From positions 141,279-205,278 of the forward strand of contig NMRA01000192.1 in NCBI GenBank assembly GCA_002633005.1: a stretch of 64,000 nt of DNA, given 5' to 3'. The translations under genes were made by a program, and so were the position numbers. Positions 49,301-62,900 of the stretch are shown in pieces. This stretch comes from Phoronis australis. Taxonomy: Eukaryota > Animalia > Phoronida. Numbering within the stretch: position 1 is the stretch's first letter; the number at the start of each line of letters is the position of its first letter. Under the pieces are notes generated by a model. That model was given only the letters and a program-made list of their open reading frames with translations, searched no databases and was not told the origin of the DNA.

Positions 49301-52300
49301 CGCGGTCGATAACAATTTTCCACCCTCCTCCAATAACCTTACCACCGCCGATTTTACACCACCCTTCCTCGGTCGCCACCTGTTTTTTAGCCTAATGCAT
49401 TTGAAGGCAGAGCTCATGCGTGCCGTGGCAGAACGGAGATTTCCATGCTGCAAAAAGGGACTTCTATTTTATACGGATGTTCCATATAAAAATGCGTTCA
49501 TGCTTCAACGAAATTCATGGCGCCTTCCGTATGCAGGTTCGAAGGCTAATGTGTAAGGACGTCCCTTTGCTGAATGGTACAATGTTATTGTATCTTTGAC
49601 TATAGTAGTAGGGTGTGGTCGACTACTTGACAAGCATTCTTTCCAAAGTAAAAATATCCTTGTGAAATGAACCAAAATTCTCTTCGACAGTAGTTTCATC
49701 TATGTTTTTCACCATTCACCGACAAAATATGCAATGTGTATTGCTTGTGAGGCAAAAAATCCGATTCGTTTTAAATTCCCACCACAGTCTGCACAACGAA
49801 GGTAAATAAAGAAGCATTCAGCTCCTGCAGTACATGTATTGCTGCAGTTCAAGCCTAGAGACTAAAGGCTGTGTTTACTATGCGCATGTGACTGCCTTAT
49901 TATGGACCGGGGGTTCTCGACTATATTTTGACGAGGGACTGTTGGAAAATCGGGATACCTACCTACTTACAGGATGGATTCGAAAAAAAGGTTTCATTTA
50001 AGCGCACAATTTCTTAAGATTTTTATCATCAAAAAAACGACGCTTTTGATGGGGGTTAATTTCAGAAACTTGGCCCATTCGTATGGGTTCTTGGAGGGCT
50101 GAATTTTTAAACCAAAAAACTGAAACATTTTAATAAGAGATGTTGGAAAAATACGTACATTTTCGAAAAGGTAAACATAAAGATATTATTAAAACCTTCT
50201 GTTGCTTTGGGTATTAAGAAAAAAGGAGATTCGAGCTCCCAAAGTGCGACATGTTTCATACACGCGTTCTTTTTTTCGGAGAGGCACCACCGTTTCGTAG
50301 AGATTTTTTTTTCAGAAAGTGCATTTTTGTTGGGGAAACAAGTAGTGAAAAAGTCACCATCCGGGCAGCACGTCCCTCATTGCACTTCTAGATTGGAGTA
50401 CCCCACGGGGTTATTGTCCCAAGGGTTCCTTGACCTTATAATCACTTGGGAATACGGCTGCTTCACCGGTTCTACCCGGATTTTTGACAACCCTGGATAA
50501 CCCTTGATATTGTAATGAAAACTGATAAGCTCAGCATACTAAAAACAGGTACTTTGTGTGCAGTCTGCTTTCAACCAAAAATTCAGCATTATTGAATGCC
50601 AAATTTTCCACTCCTCGAGGTTATCATTGAATTGATTGAGCCTAGGAGATAACGTCGTCAGGAGGAACATTTGCTATTATCAACAAGCATTCCGTCAAAA
50701 GAAACGAAGTTTTGATTGAAATCAATTATCTCTTTAATATTTGGACTTTTTTTACCCACAGTCTAAACGGAGACTTGCGACCAACCCCACGTTTTAGAGT
50801 AAGTCTTCGTTTAGATTCTAAGTTAAAAGACGTTGTACGCGATAGCTCTGACATGAAGCAAAATTAAGTCTATCCTGTAATTAGCGTTGCTGGTTTATGA
50901 TTTGAGGCATGTGCTGGGGGGACAACAAATTTGAAGCAGCCCACGACTCCCAACTACAATTGACTGAACCGATTACTCTAATCGTTTCAAACGTTCAAAG
51001 AACTTTTATGTATCGCAACACTCTACACTCGTTCTCTCTATCTGTTTACCAACTGAAATTCGTACAATCCAATAGTCCAGTAGCCAGAAATGGTTGCCTA
51101 GAAATATTTATTAGTTTAAGGTTTTTGTTTGTTTCATGTCTAGGTAGCCCCTCTGAAGCGTTTTAGTTGGGTTGTAATCTTGACAACTTTGAGCATTTTT
51201 CAAAAATGCAAATTATTCAAGATTCCGTTTTTGCTTATAACTTCCTAATGAGGTGCTGCAGGTTAATTATTTTGATGTTTTCACTCATAGGTCGTGTTTG
51301 TATGGCCAGTGAACATGATGGAGCTACTTTAAGGTAAATGCATTGAGAATTTGCCTAAATTATGCAAACTGAGGCACGCATTCTTGAAAATTGTACTTGT
51401 GTTTAATGTTGCGATATCAGACACCACAAGTAAATGATATTGATATCTGCACCCATATTTCTGTGGTCCATTAATTAAATGAAAGCAGGTTGTTGCACGA
51501 TAAATTTTCAAAACTTATATAAATAAAGTCGTCATTATTTAAAATAACATTTTTGTTGATAGATTTCTTCGGATATTACATATACATTATTTTGAGTTTG
51601 TAGGTCATTATATCATAAATTTACATTATCTATGTGACTTGTGACCACCGAGAGTAATGAGTCTCATCGCGTTGGCTTCATGACTCTGAATGGTTTGACT
51701 AAGGTCGATAGACATTATATGACTGTACCAACAAGCCGAAACAAGATCTAAAATCATTTTAAGAAGTGAAAGCAATGACACCATGTACCAAGATATTCAT
51801 TATGCATATCTTTTACTTTCATATGTGATTTACGTTACAGTTTCAGCATCAAGCTTGACAAACTTGAAAGACTTGCTTGGACACTTTCCAAAGCCGACAA
51901 GTGATACACAACCTGACATATTTCAAGTACTGGTTTTTATAAGTTTACCAAACGTTTATTTGTGGAAAAGTTACGATATTTGTCAGAAGGATTTATAGAT
52001 ATCAGTTCAGTTTGCCTGACGTACATGTTTTCAATTATACTGCTCAGTGCATAACCATTGTTAGCTGGCTGAAAAAACTAAATTCGAAACAGGCCTTTTA
52101 TTCTCATCGAATCTAACCCATAAAATTCTTTACCGTGAAAGGGTTCTATTTCCGCATTGCCAGAGACTTGAGTTGATAACGGAAGTGTCATGCTATAACA
52201 TTAAAAAATATTATGAGAATAAAAAAACACAAATCGGTTTTCGTTTTTAGCCAGCTATGAAGGTCGAAATTAAACTTTAATCTCGCAAGCATATTTTTGT

Positions 52301-53446
52301 TTCTAACAATTGAAACTTGTAATAAAAGTAAGAATTGAAAACTTTTCACAGGTTTAAAACAAACAAAATTCGAACCCCGATATCAGATTGTGTGCTTCTG
52401 TGCGTCGGCAGGATGCAAATTAGAGTAGTGGTTTGAATGTTCAGAGCTTTCTCTTCCGGTTGTGGCTAAGTGTTTCACATTCCATTGACGTTTATGAGCA
52501 GTAGCACGACTTAGGCATTTCAATGGCGAGTTTTCAAAAATCAACCAAAAAACCTTGCAACTCCATATGAAAAAAATGGGATACCTGGATTGGAAAAAGC
52601 GGAACATCCGCAGATGAATCGGGGTGTATGTGAAAACGCAAAATGGGAGTACCGGGCAAACATTCGAAAAGCGGGACTGTCCCACCAAATACGGGACAGC
52701 TGGCAAGCACAATGTCATGACCCCGTGCCTTACTGGTCTAAGCCCATGGATTTGTAAATGAACCTAAAATGTAGCATGTTGTATTATAAGATAACCAATT
52801 ACAGACAATGAGAACTTTTATTACCTATATTAGACTACTGGTAATCTTGTTCAAGAACACATGCGTAAACAACAAAGAAATTAAAAAAAAGAAAATATTA
52901 AGAACTGTAAAACTTTAAAACAGATGAAAATTGGTAAAATCTTATTGCACCTGTAAAATTATGACAGAGTTGAATAGAAACGTGTTTTTAGATTTTATAT
53001 TGTATTATACTACATCGTATTGGTAATGTTAGAATAGAAATTTAAAAAATGTAACAGTTTTGTGTAGATATTTAAATTAATGGCATTACATTATCGGGCA
53101 TTGTTATACTGATGCTGTCAGAATGAAAACGTTCTTGAAATTAAGTAGTTTCAAATTTAGCGTTGCAGTTTAGGTTTTCGCAGAAGAAACATACAATAAG
53201 TGACGCTCACTGGTATGATCAACGTAAATGAAAAATTCATTATGGTTCACAAAAATTGTGCTCACTGAAAATTGAAAATCATCGTAACTACAAATGTTAT
53301 TAAACAGTCAACTTTTATCGTTCTTGTTTCAACAAACTCACCTTAAATATCTGCGACAGCCCCCTTTCAGTGCGTAACGGAATCCCACACTACTCACAAG
53401 CCATCATGTCCAGAAGTCATCTTGCTTGTACCAGTTTACTGGTCGT

Positions 53447-53910
53447 AATAGCGGATTTTCCATATTGACGCTCTCTAGAATACTGAGAGCACGAAAGCGA
53501 CTTCCGCTTGATCTCCACTATGATTCGGTGGACAGAAATTCAATTACTACATAGGTTCATTAATTTAAAACGAAAAAATAAATCCTACTGTCAGTCTCTC
53601 CAATTGTTTCATTACGTTTTAACCCAAACTTAAAAGTTCATTCGTTTATTTTAGCTTTTCGACATAGACCGTGATTAAAATTCTCCCGCTGTATCAGTCA
53701 CAGCCGATGGTGGCCATTCTTCGCAATCGGAAATGTTTGTCATCCGTGGATATTTCACGAGGTTTGTCTTTAGAAAGATATTAAAACGCTGTTTACATCA
53801 GTGGGTTGAAACCTCCCGTCAGTGGGATCTGTAGGTGGCGCTGAACCCCTGCCCACCAAAGACCGAATCGTTGTCTGTTGGGATAGTGAATTTCAAAATA
53901 GCGCGACTAT
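53447..53910. repeat. Inverted copy of the dispersed repeat at 33370-33926
   Basis: Reverse-complement similarity, see partner feature. Confidence 0.55.
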
Positions 53911-56900
53911 TTCGAAAATCAGCTATTGAATTATCCGCCGTAATGACTTCACTGCTAACATTTTCAAGATGTTAGCTCCTCTAAAATCCAGCTACGGTCC
54001 CCTTAACTCCATTCCGTGGTACTGCAAATCCCTAGACTCACACCCTAAACTCCACACGCACACCAAAAATGATCCATACGCGCGATGAGCTAACTCCATT
54101 CCCAGGGACTACATTCCATGGTGGTACCCCAACTTCGCAGCTAGACTTTTGAATCTTGTCCCCGGGACTGGATTTCTGTATGCATTTTGGCACTTGTGTG
54201 GAATTCAGGGATTTTTTGGGGGTTGTTGGTACGGGTTGGCATTTTGGGGGATTCTAACTGGAATACAGAGGTGTTTCCATGGATAGTGTTCACACCTGTT
54301 GATAGCAATATACAAAGTAATTAAATAAACATTGTTCTTTGTAATCAGTTGCAACTGTTTAAATAACGTACATACTCTAGCTGTAATTATGACAGCAAGA
54401 AATGTGCTAATAACGTTATTTATATCACTAGGTTGAAACCTCCCGTCTGCATTACATAATATCTGTAGGTGGCGCTGAACGCTTATCCATCAAAGACGTG
54501 ATCGCCGTCTGGTGGGATAGTGAATTTCAATATGGCGCGGCTATTTCGAAAGTCAGATATTCGAGTATGAGGATGTAAGCTGTGTAGTTTGTCCAGGTTG
54601 TTTATACATTGTTTTGACCGTTTCAATTGCGCGCGTGGTGCGTTTACTCTCACTAAAAAGTCATTGTGATTTCGCAGTGTTAAAAGCGAGACACAGCAAA
54701 GCTTTTAAAGGGCTGCGCTTTTTCGTGTACAACAAAGTGATATTAAAATGGCGTTCTCCAAAAATTCGGAAATGGCCCTTTAATCTTCAATCTTATTAAT
54801 TTTTTGTCAAAAGGCATGACACTGTTCTTCAGTTTCTATACTTAGGATATGATTGTTGCGCCGATTGGCCAAAGGAAGCATAGTTGACTCGGGTCTGTAC
54901 TCCGACTCATTATGAGACCTGCACTCATTGACTAAAAGAAAAAAATAAGAAAAACTCTCGCTCGCATCAACTTCAGACAAGGTAACGTGTTTCTGGTTTT
55001 GTTGTTTTAAGCTGAACGAAGACACGTAAACAAGGGTAAACCAAGCTTTGAAAAGTTATAAAATTCATAATTACCTGTAAAATATGCCCTGGACAATGCT
55101 CAAAAAGTCCACAGACATTTCTTTCTTTAGCCACTCAAATGGCGATGCACCGTTTAAAAGTGATCGCCATCATGGCGGCGCCATACCTGTGGGTTGGGTT
55201 TGTTTTTCTGGCTGTGTGTGATAAATTTCTTTATCCCACTTAGCTCCGATTCTCGTTTTTTTTCTGTGCTGTTCGCCAATATTCTTTGCCGCCCTCCTCC
55301 CGCCAGTGCAGCAAACCTGTCGCAGTACTGCCCAGGCTACGCCATTGCGTCCTCGTTTGCTTCTCAGTTTATTTTTAAAACCGTAAAGGCGTACTTTCAA
55401 ATGTGGAAGCAAATCTTGAATTAACTTTTTGTCTCGATGGTCGTTGCTTCCGAATGATGCATCCCACAAGCGGCTTCTGCAGCCATGTTGTTGGAAACGA
55501 CATATACCAAGCCTTTTAATTGTTCAGTCACGAATTTTCACTGTATGCCACAGCGAGCTTATAAAAAGAGTCGTAGTTTTGTGAACCAGGTTCTGGCCTT
55601 GTTCAGTCTGGTGCAAAGTTGCGGAAGGCATGATGGGGTCTCGTGAAACTGTGCGGACGATATTTTTCCATATATGGCATTGTGTAGCTTTGATGATAAC
55701 GTGATTACCTCAGAGAGCAACGCCAAAGTTATGACCCAATAACTGAGAAATCTTGGCAAGCGTCCGATGTGTTCGTTAACGAGTTCGGGGCTCAACAACG
55801 ATGCGATTTACATTAAGCTGAATTATTTGTATTTTTCTATCCGAAACTCAAAGCATATACGGACAATATGTTCCAACGAACATTTCTGAGAATACAACGT
55901 TGACTATACATCGGAATTAGCTGCCTAATATTCAGTGCCTTTGCGCACAGGGCTACCTTAATCGCAAGTGCACGCAGGTCCAAACTTGTCTCTGGACAAC
56001 TAAGTAGTTGAATTATCATCCAAGTGAAGTGCTGCGTGGTTATGGATCGTGTGCGTTACAGTCATGTCTACTTTTCGCATGCGGTCGTCGCGCGACGACG
56101 CGGTGACGGCTCCAAGATTGTATTCTGAGGGTAACAGACTGTTTTTGTTGGCGAAATTGGATATTCTAACGGACAATTTTTGATTGCCATGAGGCAACGT
56201 GTTGGACTGTGACACCATTCTTATGTTAAGTAGTGAAATCCCTCATCACAGACCCAATACTTTCTCGGCGCAGTAACCGACTAACGTCACCTACATAAAA
56301 ACGCGTGACCATACGTCTGTTTTCTAATCTTTTGAGTTACTTGTTGGGAGATACGGTGGAGGTCATATTAGCCTCGTGGGTCTTTGACCTTGGCAAGACG
56401 ATCATGCGATCGACAGTTTCATCGAAACAGGTGCAAAGTCAAACACCATCTTATCACTCACCCTAGTCTCTAATCGGAAAGGCTCCGAAAGGTATGCACC
56501 ACTCACTAGTTAAATTGTTGAACTTCGTTCCGTTTAGCAGGCTAAAAATGAAAAACGAATTAAACCTTTTAGTCTCACTATAAAATCGATCTCATAACAC
56601 TACTTGCCCCGATAGGATTCCAATTTCATAATCATCTCATACGTAAGTGCGCCATTTTCGTTGTTGGTTTTTGACTTTGTTGTTGTAACGGAAATAAAAC
56701 ATTAAAGAATATTGCAGGACCGACTTTAATTGGGACTAATGAGCTTAACTTGAGTTTCTGTTTTTACCCAGCGACACAGAGATAAACGCAGGTTTCATCT
56801 GTTACTTCATTGTTTTATCATGCTTACTCCTCATACACCTGAACCTCGTAGCAACGAACATAGTCTAAAACTTTCGTTGTCATAGAGGTTCGCTGGTCAC

Positions 56901-57192
56901 CAAACCAACACTTTAGAGAACATTGAAACCGTAAAGTACCAGGAGATCTGGCTTTAACGGATGGAACTACATAGGATGTACACCTTCAGTAAAACTCGTG
57001 CTCTTAAGTCGGAGGTTTTTTTGCACTTGATATTGTTTCGCAGTGCAATAGTTAGAGATTGTCCTTAATAATTAAGTCCCCCTATTTTACGTTTTCTACT
57101 TCGCGTTGTCCGTTTGCCTTCGTCAACCGTTCTCGGTTTTGTTGAGTCTGTCCAGCACCAGCATTGCATAGTGCAGCACCAGCAATGCATAG

Positions 57193-57925
57193 CAGTGGCG
57201 GATCTAGGATATCACAAGGGGGGGCCCAACATTTTGTCCGGCTGTAAGCATTTGCGCAAAGTAAACCACGATTGTAGATGCGCATAGCACCGAATGGGGG
57301 GAAACCCCCCTCCCGCCCAGGAAATTTTTCTGTTTTTACCTATAAAAATCAAGCATTTTCCTTGATTCCTGAAGTATTATCCAAGAAAAAAGGCAAAAAA
57401 AGAAAAAAAAAACGGTGAACGTGTCAAACAGGAAAACCTGCAAGTACCACAGACTCGAACTCACGACCTGGCGGATAGAGCGCGCGTGCGTTACCACTAC
57501 ACCACCACGATTTAACTGCTAATGTCATACTAAGAGACCTACTTGTTTATGGTCCACAGCGTTTGCGCGCGAAACCTACTTCTTTTTGTAATGCTTATTA
57601 TATATTTTGTGCCATCGATTCTTAACAAATTTGTCGTATTTAAAATAGTCTTCAAATGCCCAAAAGACCAAATCCGTTTTTCGTGTTGGCAATAATGACG
57701 GGATTGCTTTGGAAATCGTCTTAAGATAAGGTTTGACAAAGGGAGTATTGCGAGTTTCTGAGTGATTCACTAAGGCTTCGATTAAAATTCACATCTTACC
57801 AGCAGCTTCTGTTTTTTCATCGTCACTCAGGTTCCATTTTCTTTAAAAAATGAAGTAAACTTTCTTCATTGCACAGTGGAGCAGATGACGAAAACGGAGT
57901 CGTAGTGTGCAGCGCCACTGCCGGT
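57193..57925 (+). mobile_element. Second copy of the CAGTGGCGGATC hAT-like element, inserted in a minisatellite; runs into gap
   Basis: Aligns with 36960-37711. Minisatellite units lie on both sides (57155-57192 and 58209-58400). Confidence 0.7.
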
Positions 57926-58208
57926 NNNNNNNNNNNNNNNNNNNNNNNNNNNNNNNNNNNNNNNNNNNNNNNNNNNNNNNNNNNNNNNNNNNNNNNNNNN
58001 NNNNNNNNNNNNNNNNNNNNNNNNNNNNNNNNNNNNNNNNNNNNNNNNNNNNNNNNNNNNNNNNNNNNNNNNNNNNNNNNNNNNNNNNNNNNNNNNNNNN
58101 NNNNNNNNNNNNNNNNNNNNNNNNNNNNNNNNNNNNNNNNNNNNNNNNNNNNNNNNNNNNNNNNNNNNNNNNNNNNNNNNNNNNNNNNNNNNNNNNNNNN
58201 NNNNNNNN
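57926..58208. other. Assembly gap
   Basis: Run of n. Confidence 1.
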
Positions 58209-58400
58209 AATGCATATTGCAGCAACAGCAGTGTATAGTGCAGCAACAGCAATGCATAGTGCAGCAGCAGCAATGCATGTTGCAGCAACAACAACGCATG
58301 GTTCAGCAACAGCAATGTATAGTGCAGCAACAGCAATGCATATTGCAGCAACAGCAATGTATAGTGCAGCAACAGCAATGCATAGTGCAGCAACAGCAAC
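58209..58400. repeat. 21-bp minisatellite (consensus AATGCATAGTGCAGCAACAGC), about 9 units visible
   Basis: Direct reading. It explains the poly-Q, poly-C, poly-L and poly-A ORFs in the track. Confidence 0.9.
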
Positions 58401-58458
58401 AAAAGAACTAAAAGCGTTAGAAGCAGCAGCAATAACAACATCAACAATAACCATACCT

Positions 58459-58600
58459 CATGGGCGGGGCAGCACTGAAATAAGTTGAGTGGCTATAGCC
58501 CCCCCCAGGCCCCTTTGGTGCGCCGCCCTTGGAACATGGCAACGCAACAATGAAATAAGTGAGGCTGTAACCCCCCAGAACCCTATGGGTGCCGCCCATA
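58459..58600. repeat. Two tandem ~70-bp mini-MITE-like units
   Basis: CATGGGCG..TGAAATAAGT..GGCT.TA.CCCCCCAG..CGCCGCCCTTG, then CATGGC..TGAAATAAGT..GGCTGTAACCCCCCAG..GCCGCCCATA. Confidence 0.5.
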
Positions 58601-59297
58601 AACCTTCAGTGGCTATTAACCAAAGTGTCCGCGGTGGCGGCAGCGTCGGCGGGCGCGGCGGCGGCGGCGGCGCAGAAAATCATTGCTCCTTTATTTGTAT
58701 GAAAATACTTTACAATAAAGACAAATATGTACTGTTAGATACGATGCAATGTCCAGTCAGCAGTAGAGCTCTCGCAGGCATGCGCACAAACCGTCGGAGT
58801 GTTAATTGTCTGCATCCTCAACGACGTCTCGAGTACCAAAGCTCTCGAACTCACTCATCTTGTGATAGACTTTTCCATTGTTTACCAGGGTCACGTGTCT
58901 TTAGTGGTCGTGCAAAGCTTCTGTTCTTGTAGCTCGGCATTCCACTGACGAAGTCATTTGTTGACAAAATATTTAGTTTTGACTATAAATTTATCGTTTT
59001 TTAGTCTCCGTTTTTAATTTCGTTTTACTTCCCAACTCACGACGAACAAGGCAGTTTGAAGTTTATCCAGCTTTATGTAAGTATTTTGTCCGATGTATTA
59101 CAATGACAATCCAACAACGTTAACAGGTTAACTTTGCGCACGCAAAATACTGTTTTCCACAAAACTAGCTGACGCAATCACTTACAATAGCAATCATACA
59201 TATTTGTATAGTGACTTTTTAAGCAAACCTACAAGCAACATAAACAAAGCTTAATAAATGAATGTCAACCCTTGAATTCATTCATTGGCGTTGCAAA

Positions 59298-59942
59298 TTA
59301 AAGAACTTGCAATGTGTACACAATTCCTCTTTGCCCAAGAAGCCAACCCTCACGTTCCTTTACAGTTAACAACTTAGCTTTTCCATCTTCTTCCAATTTT
59401 CTTAAAGAATTCTCGTATTCTTCTGGCTTGTATGGCGAGTCGTACTCCGTATTCATTCCAAAAGTAACCAATCCGCCTTTCTTCACCACTCTAATGAACT
59501 CATGCAGAGCGTCGAAGTGTAGACCTCCAGGATAGAACGATCCAGCAGCGACGGCCGCGTCATAGGCATCCGCCTCCAATCCTGGTGTCGGCGAAGACGA
59601 AATAAACTCACAATAAATGTTCTTGTACAAATTCTTCTTTCTGGCACGTTCCAACATTTCCACGTTTGCGTCAACAGCGTCGATGTTTGTAAAACCACAC
59701 CGATGGAGCTCTTTGGCGACTAACCCCGTACCGGCAAGAAAATCAATGATGCGGACGTCTTTGCGAGAGCCCAACGCTTGTGAAAGAACTGTCGCTGTCA
59801 TGATTGGAGCTTGGTAAGTTTGCTCAGTTAAATCATCGTCGTAATTGTTGGCCCACTTGTCATACTTGGAATGTCCTCCAGTTAAGATATGACTTAGCAT
59901 ATTTTTCACTTTTCCATTACTCCCCAGTCCTTGAACATCCAT
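59298..59942 (-). CDS. Class I SAM-dependent methyltransferase, METTL27/WBSCR27-like, single coding exon (214 aa)
   Basis: YDKWANNYDDDL..YQAP, motif I RIIDFLAGTGLVAKEL..GFTNIDAVD, MLERARKKNLY, YDAAVAAGSF, LHEFIRVVKKGG. Intact from ATG to TAA. Confidence 0.88.
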   Translation of the reverse strand: MDVQGLGSNGKVKNMLSHILTGGHSKYDKWANNYDDDLTEQTYQAPIMTATVLSQALGSRKDVRIIDFLAGTGLVAKELHRCGFTNIDAVDANVEMLERARKKNLYKNIYCEFISSSPTPGLEADAYDAAVAAGSFYPGGLHFDALHEFIRVVKKGGLVTFGMNTEYDSPYKPEEYENSLRKLEEDGKAKLLTVKEREGWLLGQRGIVYTLQVL

Positions 59943-62900
59943 CTTCCTGCTTGATCCGTTGAATACCTTTACTGTGTTGAAAGCACCACTGACGCAGCAG
60001 CTTTTTGTATCCTAAATGCGCCGATAACGAACCGGTATAACCCGGATAAAAGCAGCGAACGCTTTACTGCGTTGAGTAGATTACGCACATCCACTTGATG
60101 AAATGTCAACTTCATTTCACGAAAGCTACAATACAAGGGACAATAGCCAAGCCTTTTCCCGGGTAAAAGGAGACACTTTTTGTATGGTCCCTGTCAGTGC
60201 ATTGCCCCTGGTTCTATGTACTCTACAGTGAATGGTCTCCAGTAAGTCAATACATTCCGTTTATTGTAGTACTAAGGCCTCCTGTCCATATACATGGTTT
60301 TGCAATACAAAGTTACTTAATTATTTACATCGTCTCTTCTACCAGCAGCCAACAAACACTGAGCTAAATATAAAATGCTACTGGTCGTTCCTAAAAGATG
60401 AAAGCTGTCCCGCTTACCTTGTGCACAAACTACGCGCGTGCGTACCAGAACCGAAAATTTTAGGAGCGCGACTCGCGTCACCAAGTTTTCATTGACGCAC
60501 TGTAATTGTTTAACTTCGGTCAACGTGCGCATTGAAACTGCGAGCAATCACGCTTTATTTTGTGAAAATGCACAATCCATTTTGATTATACAATGGTTAA
60601 CTTGCGGTATGACGTCTAGCATATTGTAAAAATACATAATCCAACTGTGGGTGAAATACCGTTAGCCGCTTGGACAAATCACTAATCGCGTAACAAGATA
60701 GAAGAAATCACACACACTGAAAGCCCCTTTCGTCTAAAAAGACATTTGTATTAATATACTAACGTTAACCATACTAGATTCCTCCAAACAAATCCATAGA
60801 TCTGAGGTTTTGTGAGTCGATTGACCCGAAGCCTCACGCATGTGGGACTCCATTGCATGCGCGCACCGAGCTTAAAATATAAGGGGGACTCGAATTTTTC
60901 GGTACGCGGACCCATTACCGACAAAATCAACTAGGACTAAAAAAACGGGACCACTAAGCTCAGGCCTACGGATTGTGCATTCCCGCCGAATTCCTGTGGA
61001 CTTGGTGGACTTTTGTCTCGTTTGCTCAGACTTTTTGTTTCACTGAGCAGGAACCTTCTTTATTACAAACGGACAATGTGAATCGACTCACTATTGGTCT
61101 AAAGCATACACATATTGTGCTTTATTTGACATTGGAACAATCAAAAGTAACGTTTACAAAATATAGACTAAAAGGCGTTCTACCAGTTTTCGGCCTTTCG
61201 CCCCTTGCCTGCAGATATTCATTTCCTGAAATGATTGCCTCCCCTTAATTTGCATGATTTGAAATGCAAGAAATGAATTTGCCAAACAGTGTAATGTGCA
61301 CCATATATTGTGGCTTTCACTCCACCTTACGTGAGTCTGTGGGCTCCTTGTGCATACCTAGTTTTGGAAAAGGTTTATCATTTGCAAACCGCACTTTTGT
61401 TTGTAATCCTACTTTGTTTGAAATATAAAACGTATTTGTGACAAAAATGTTGACTGTAAAAGTATAATAAACCAGAAAATTGCGAAAATTTCGTCAAATA
61501 TGAGACCAAATGTTAGTGATAAATCGATTGAGGCAACTTCCGAAAGATAAAAGCTAACTTCATCAATACAGCAACTTTCTTTGTCCAAACAACCCTCCCC
61601 TCCAAAATTCACATATTGGTGGCATTAATTTGTTGTCAAACACTGTTTTCGACATTTACTGGCTATTTTAGTTTACTCTGCATAGATCTCTATCACACAA
61701 GTGCTCATACGCTATGCCCAACTCGATACCGTGGATACGTGTATGATACCAGAGAACGTGCAAGCGTGCACTTACATTTCCAACCAATAGATGACGAGGA
61801 AAATGGTGTATTCCAGTTTTCTAACCGCAAAAACGTCCCTAGAACTTGGGGAAGATTTACTTCTTTAAAAGACTCGTTTTTGGTCTCAAAAACGCAAGTT
61901 TGGAATTACCGTTGAATGGTATAGACGTTTTGAAGCTATTTGCTTTGACCAGAGCTACAATAAGATCCGTTATGTTTTTATGATTTTATTACAAATCGCG
62001 AACTCTCGTCGTTATCTGTCAGATATTCGCTGCCCCGTCTTTACCATTTAATAGGTATTATCTGAGAAAACCTGCAAAATTTCAAAATGTTGGCGGAGGC
62101 AAGTTAAAATTCATGGATTTTGAGTATAGTTTTTTATGAATAATATATGTCAATCTCTCAATTTCAATATGGCGTGGAAAATATGATGCAAACGTTTAAG
62201 TGTTGTCAGCACGCCATCTGTTGGCCATATCACGTGACCCAATGAATAGTTTCTAATAAGGTTATGAAATAATAATGGAGAAAGTAATTTTAAAAACATT
62301 AAAATGATATTTGTGTGAATTTCAGCACATCCAATATTCCTCTGTATTCCTATAGGAGCTATGGCTAACAAGTATGTTATTTCAAAAGGGTTTTATAAAA
62401 AAATGGTTCCAAACTATTTCGAGCGGCCTATTTTCCTACACCAAGCTAAGATGAAATAAAAAATATTTCATCGTCAAAACCGTAGGAGCTTTTAGAAGTG
62501 AGAAAAACGATTTTTACACAAACCGTACACACTGAGCACAAACTCTACCTGCACGAGTCGTGAAAGTCGCGGGAATTACTGTTATAATTTTCGCCGCCAT
62601 GATAACGATCATTTTTACAGAAACACAAACGCGACCTTGTCTTGACAGTCGCGGCATTTATTGCGTTAATTTACGCCATCGTGCTGGCACGTCAGAGAGC
62701 AACGCCCCAGTTAAGATTGGACAACAATTCCTATGATCCTATAATTGAGAAACTTTGGCAAGCGATCACGTTTGCATGTGCTAGCAGCTCCAAACTTGCC
62801 GCGTGCCGGCTAAGTGAGTAAAGTGTTACATGGCGTGGGATCGTCTGCCTTGCAGTCAAGTCTACTTTTCCCGGTCCGTCGTCGGTTGACTTCGAAATTC

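Noticed and set aside
57823-58488. Poly-Gln/Cys/Leu/Ala ORFs
   Set aside because: They are products of a 21-bp minisatellite plus an N-gap, open in most frames. The ORFs spanning the gaps at 7944-8096 and 37815-38369 are artefacts too.
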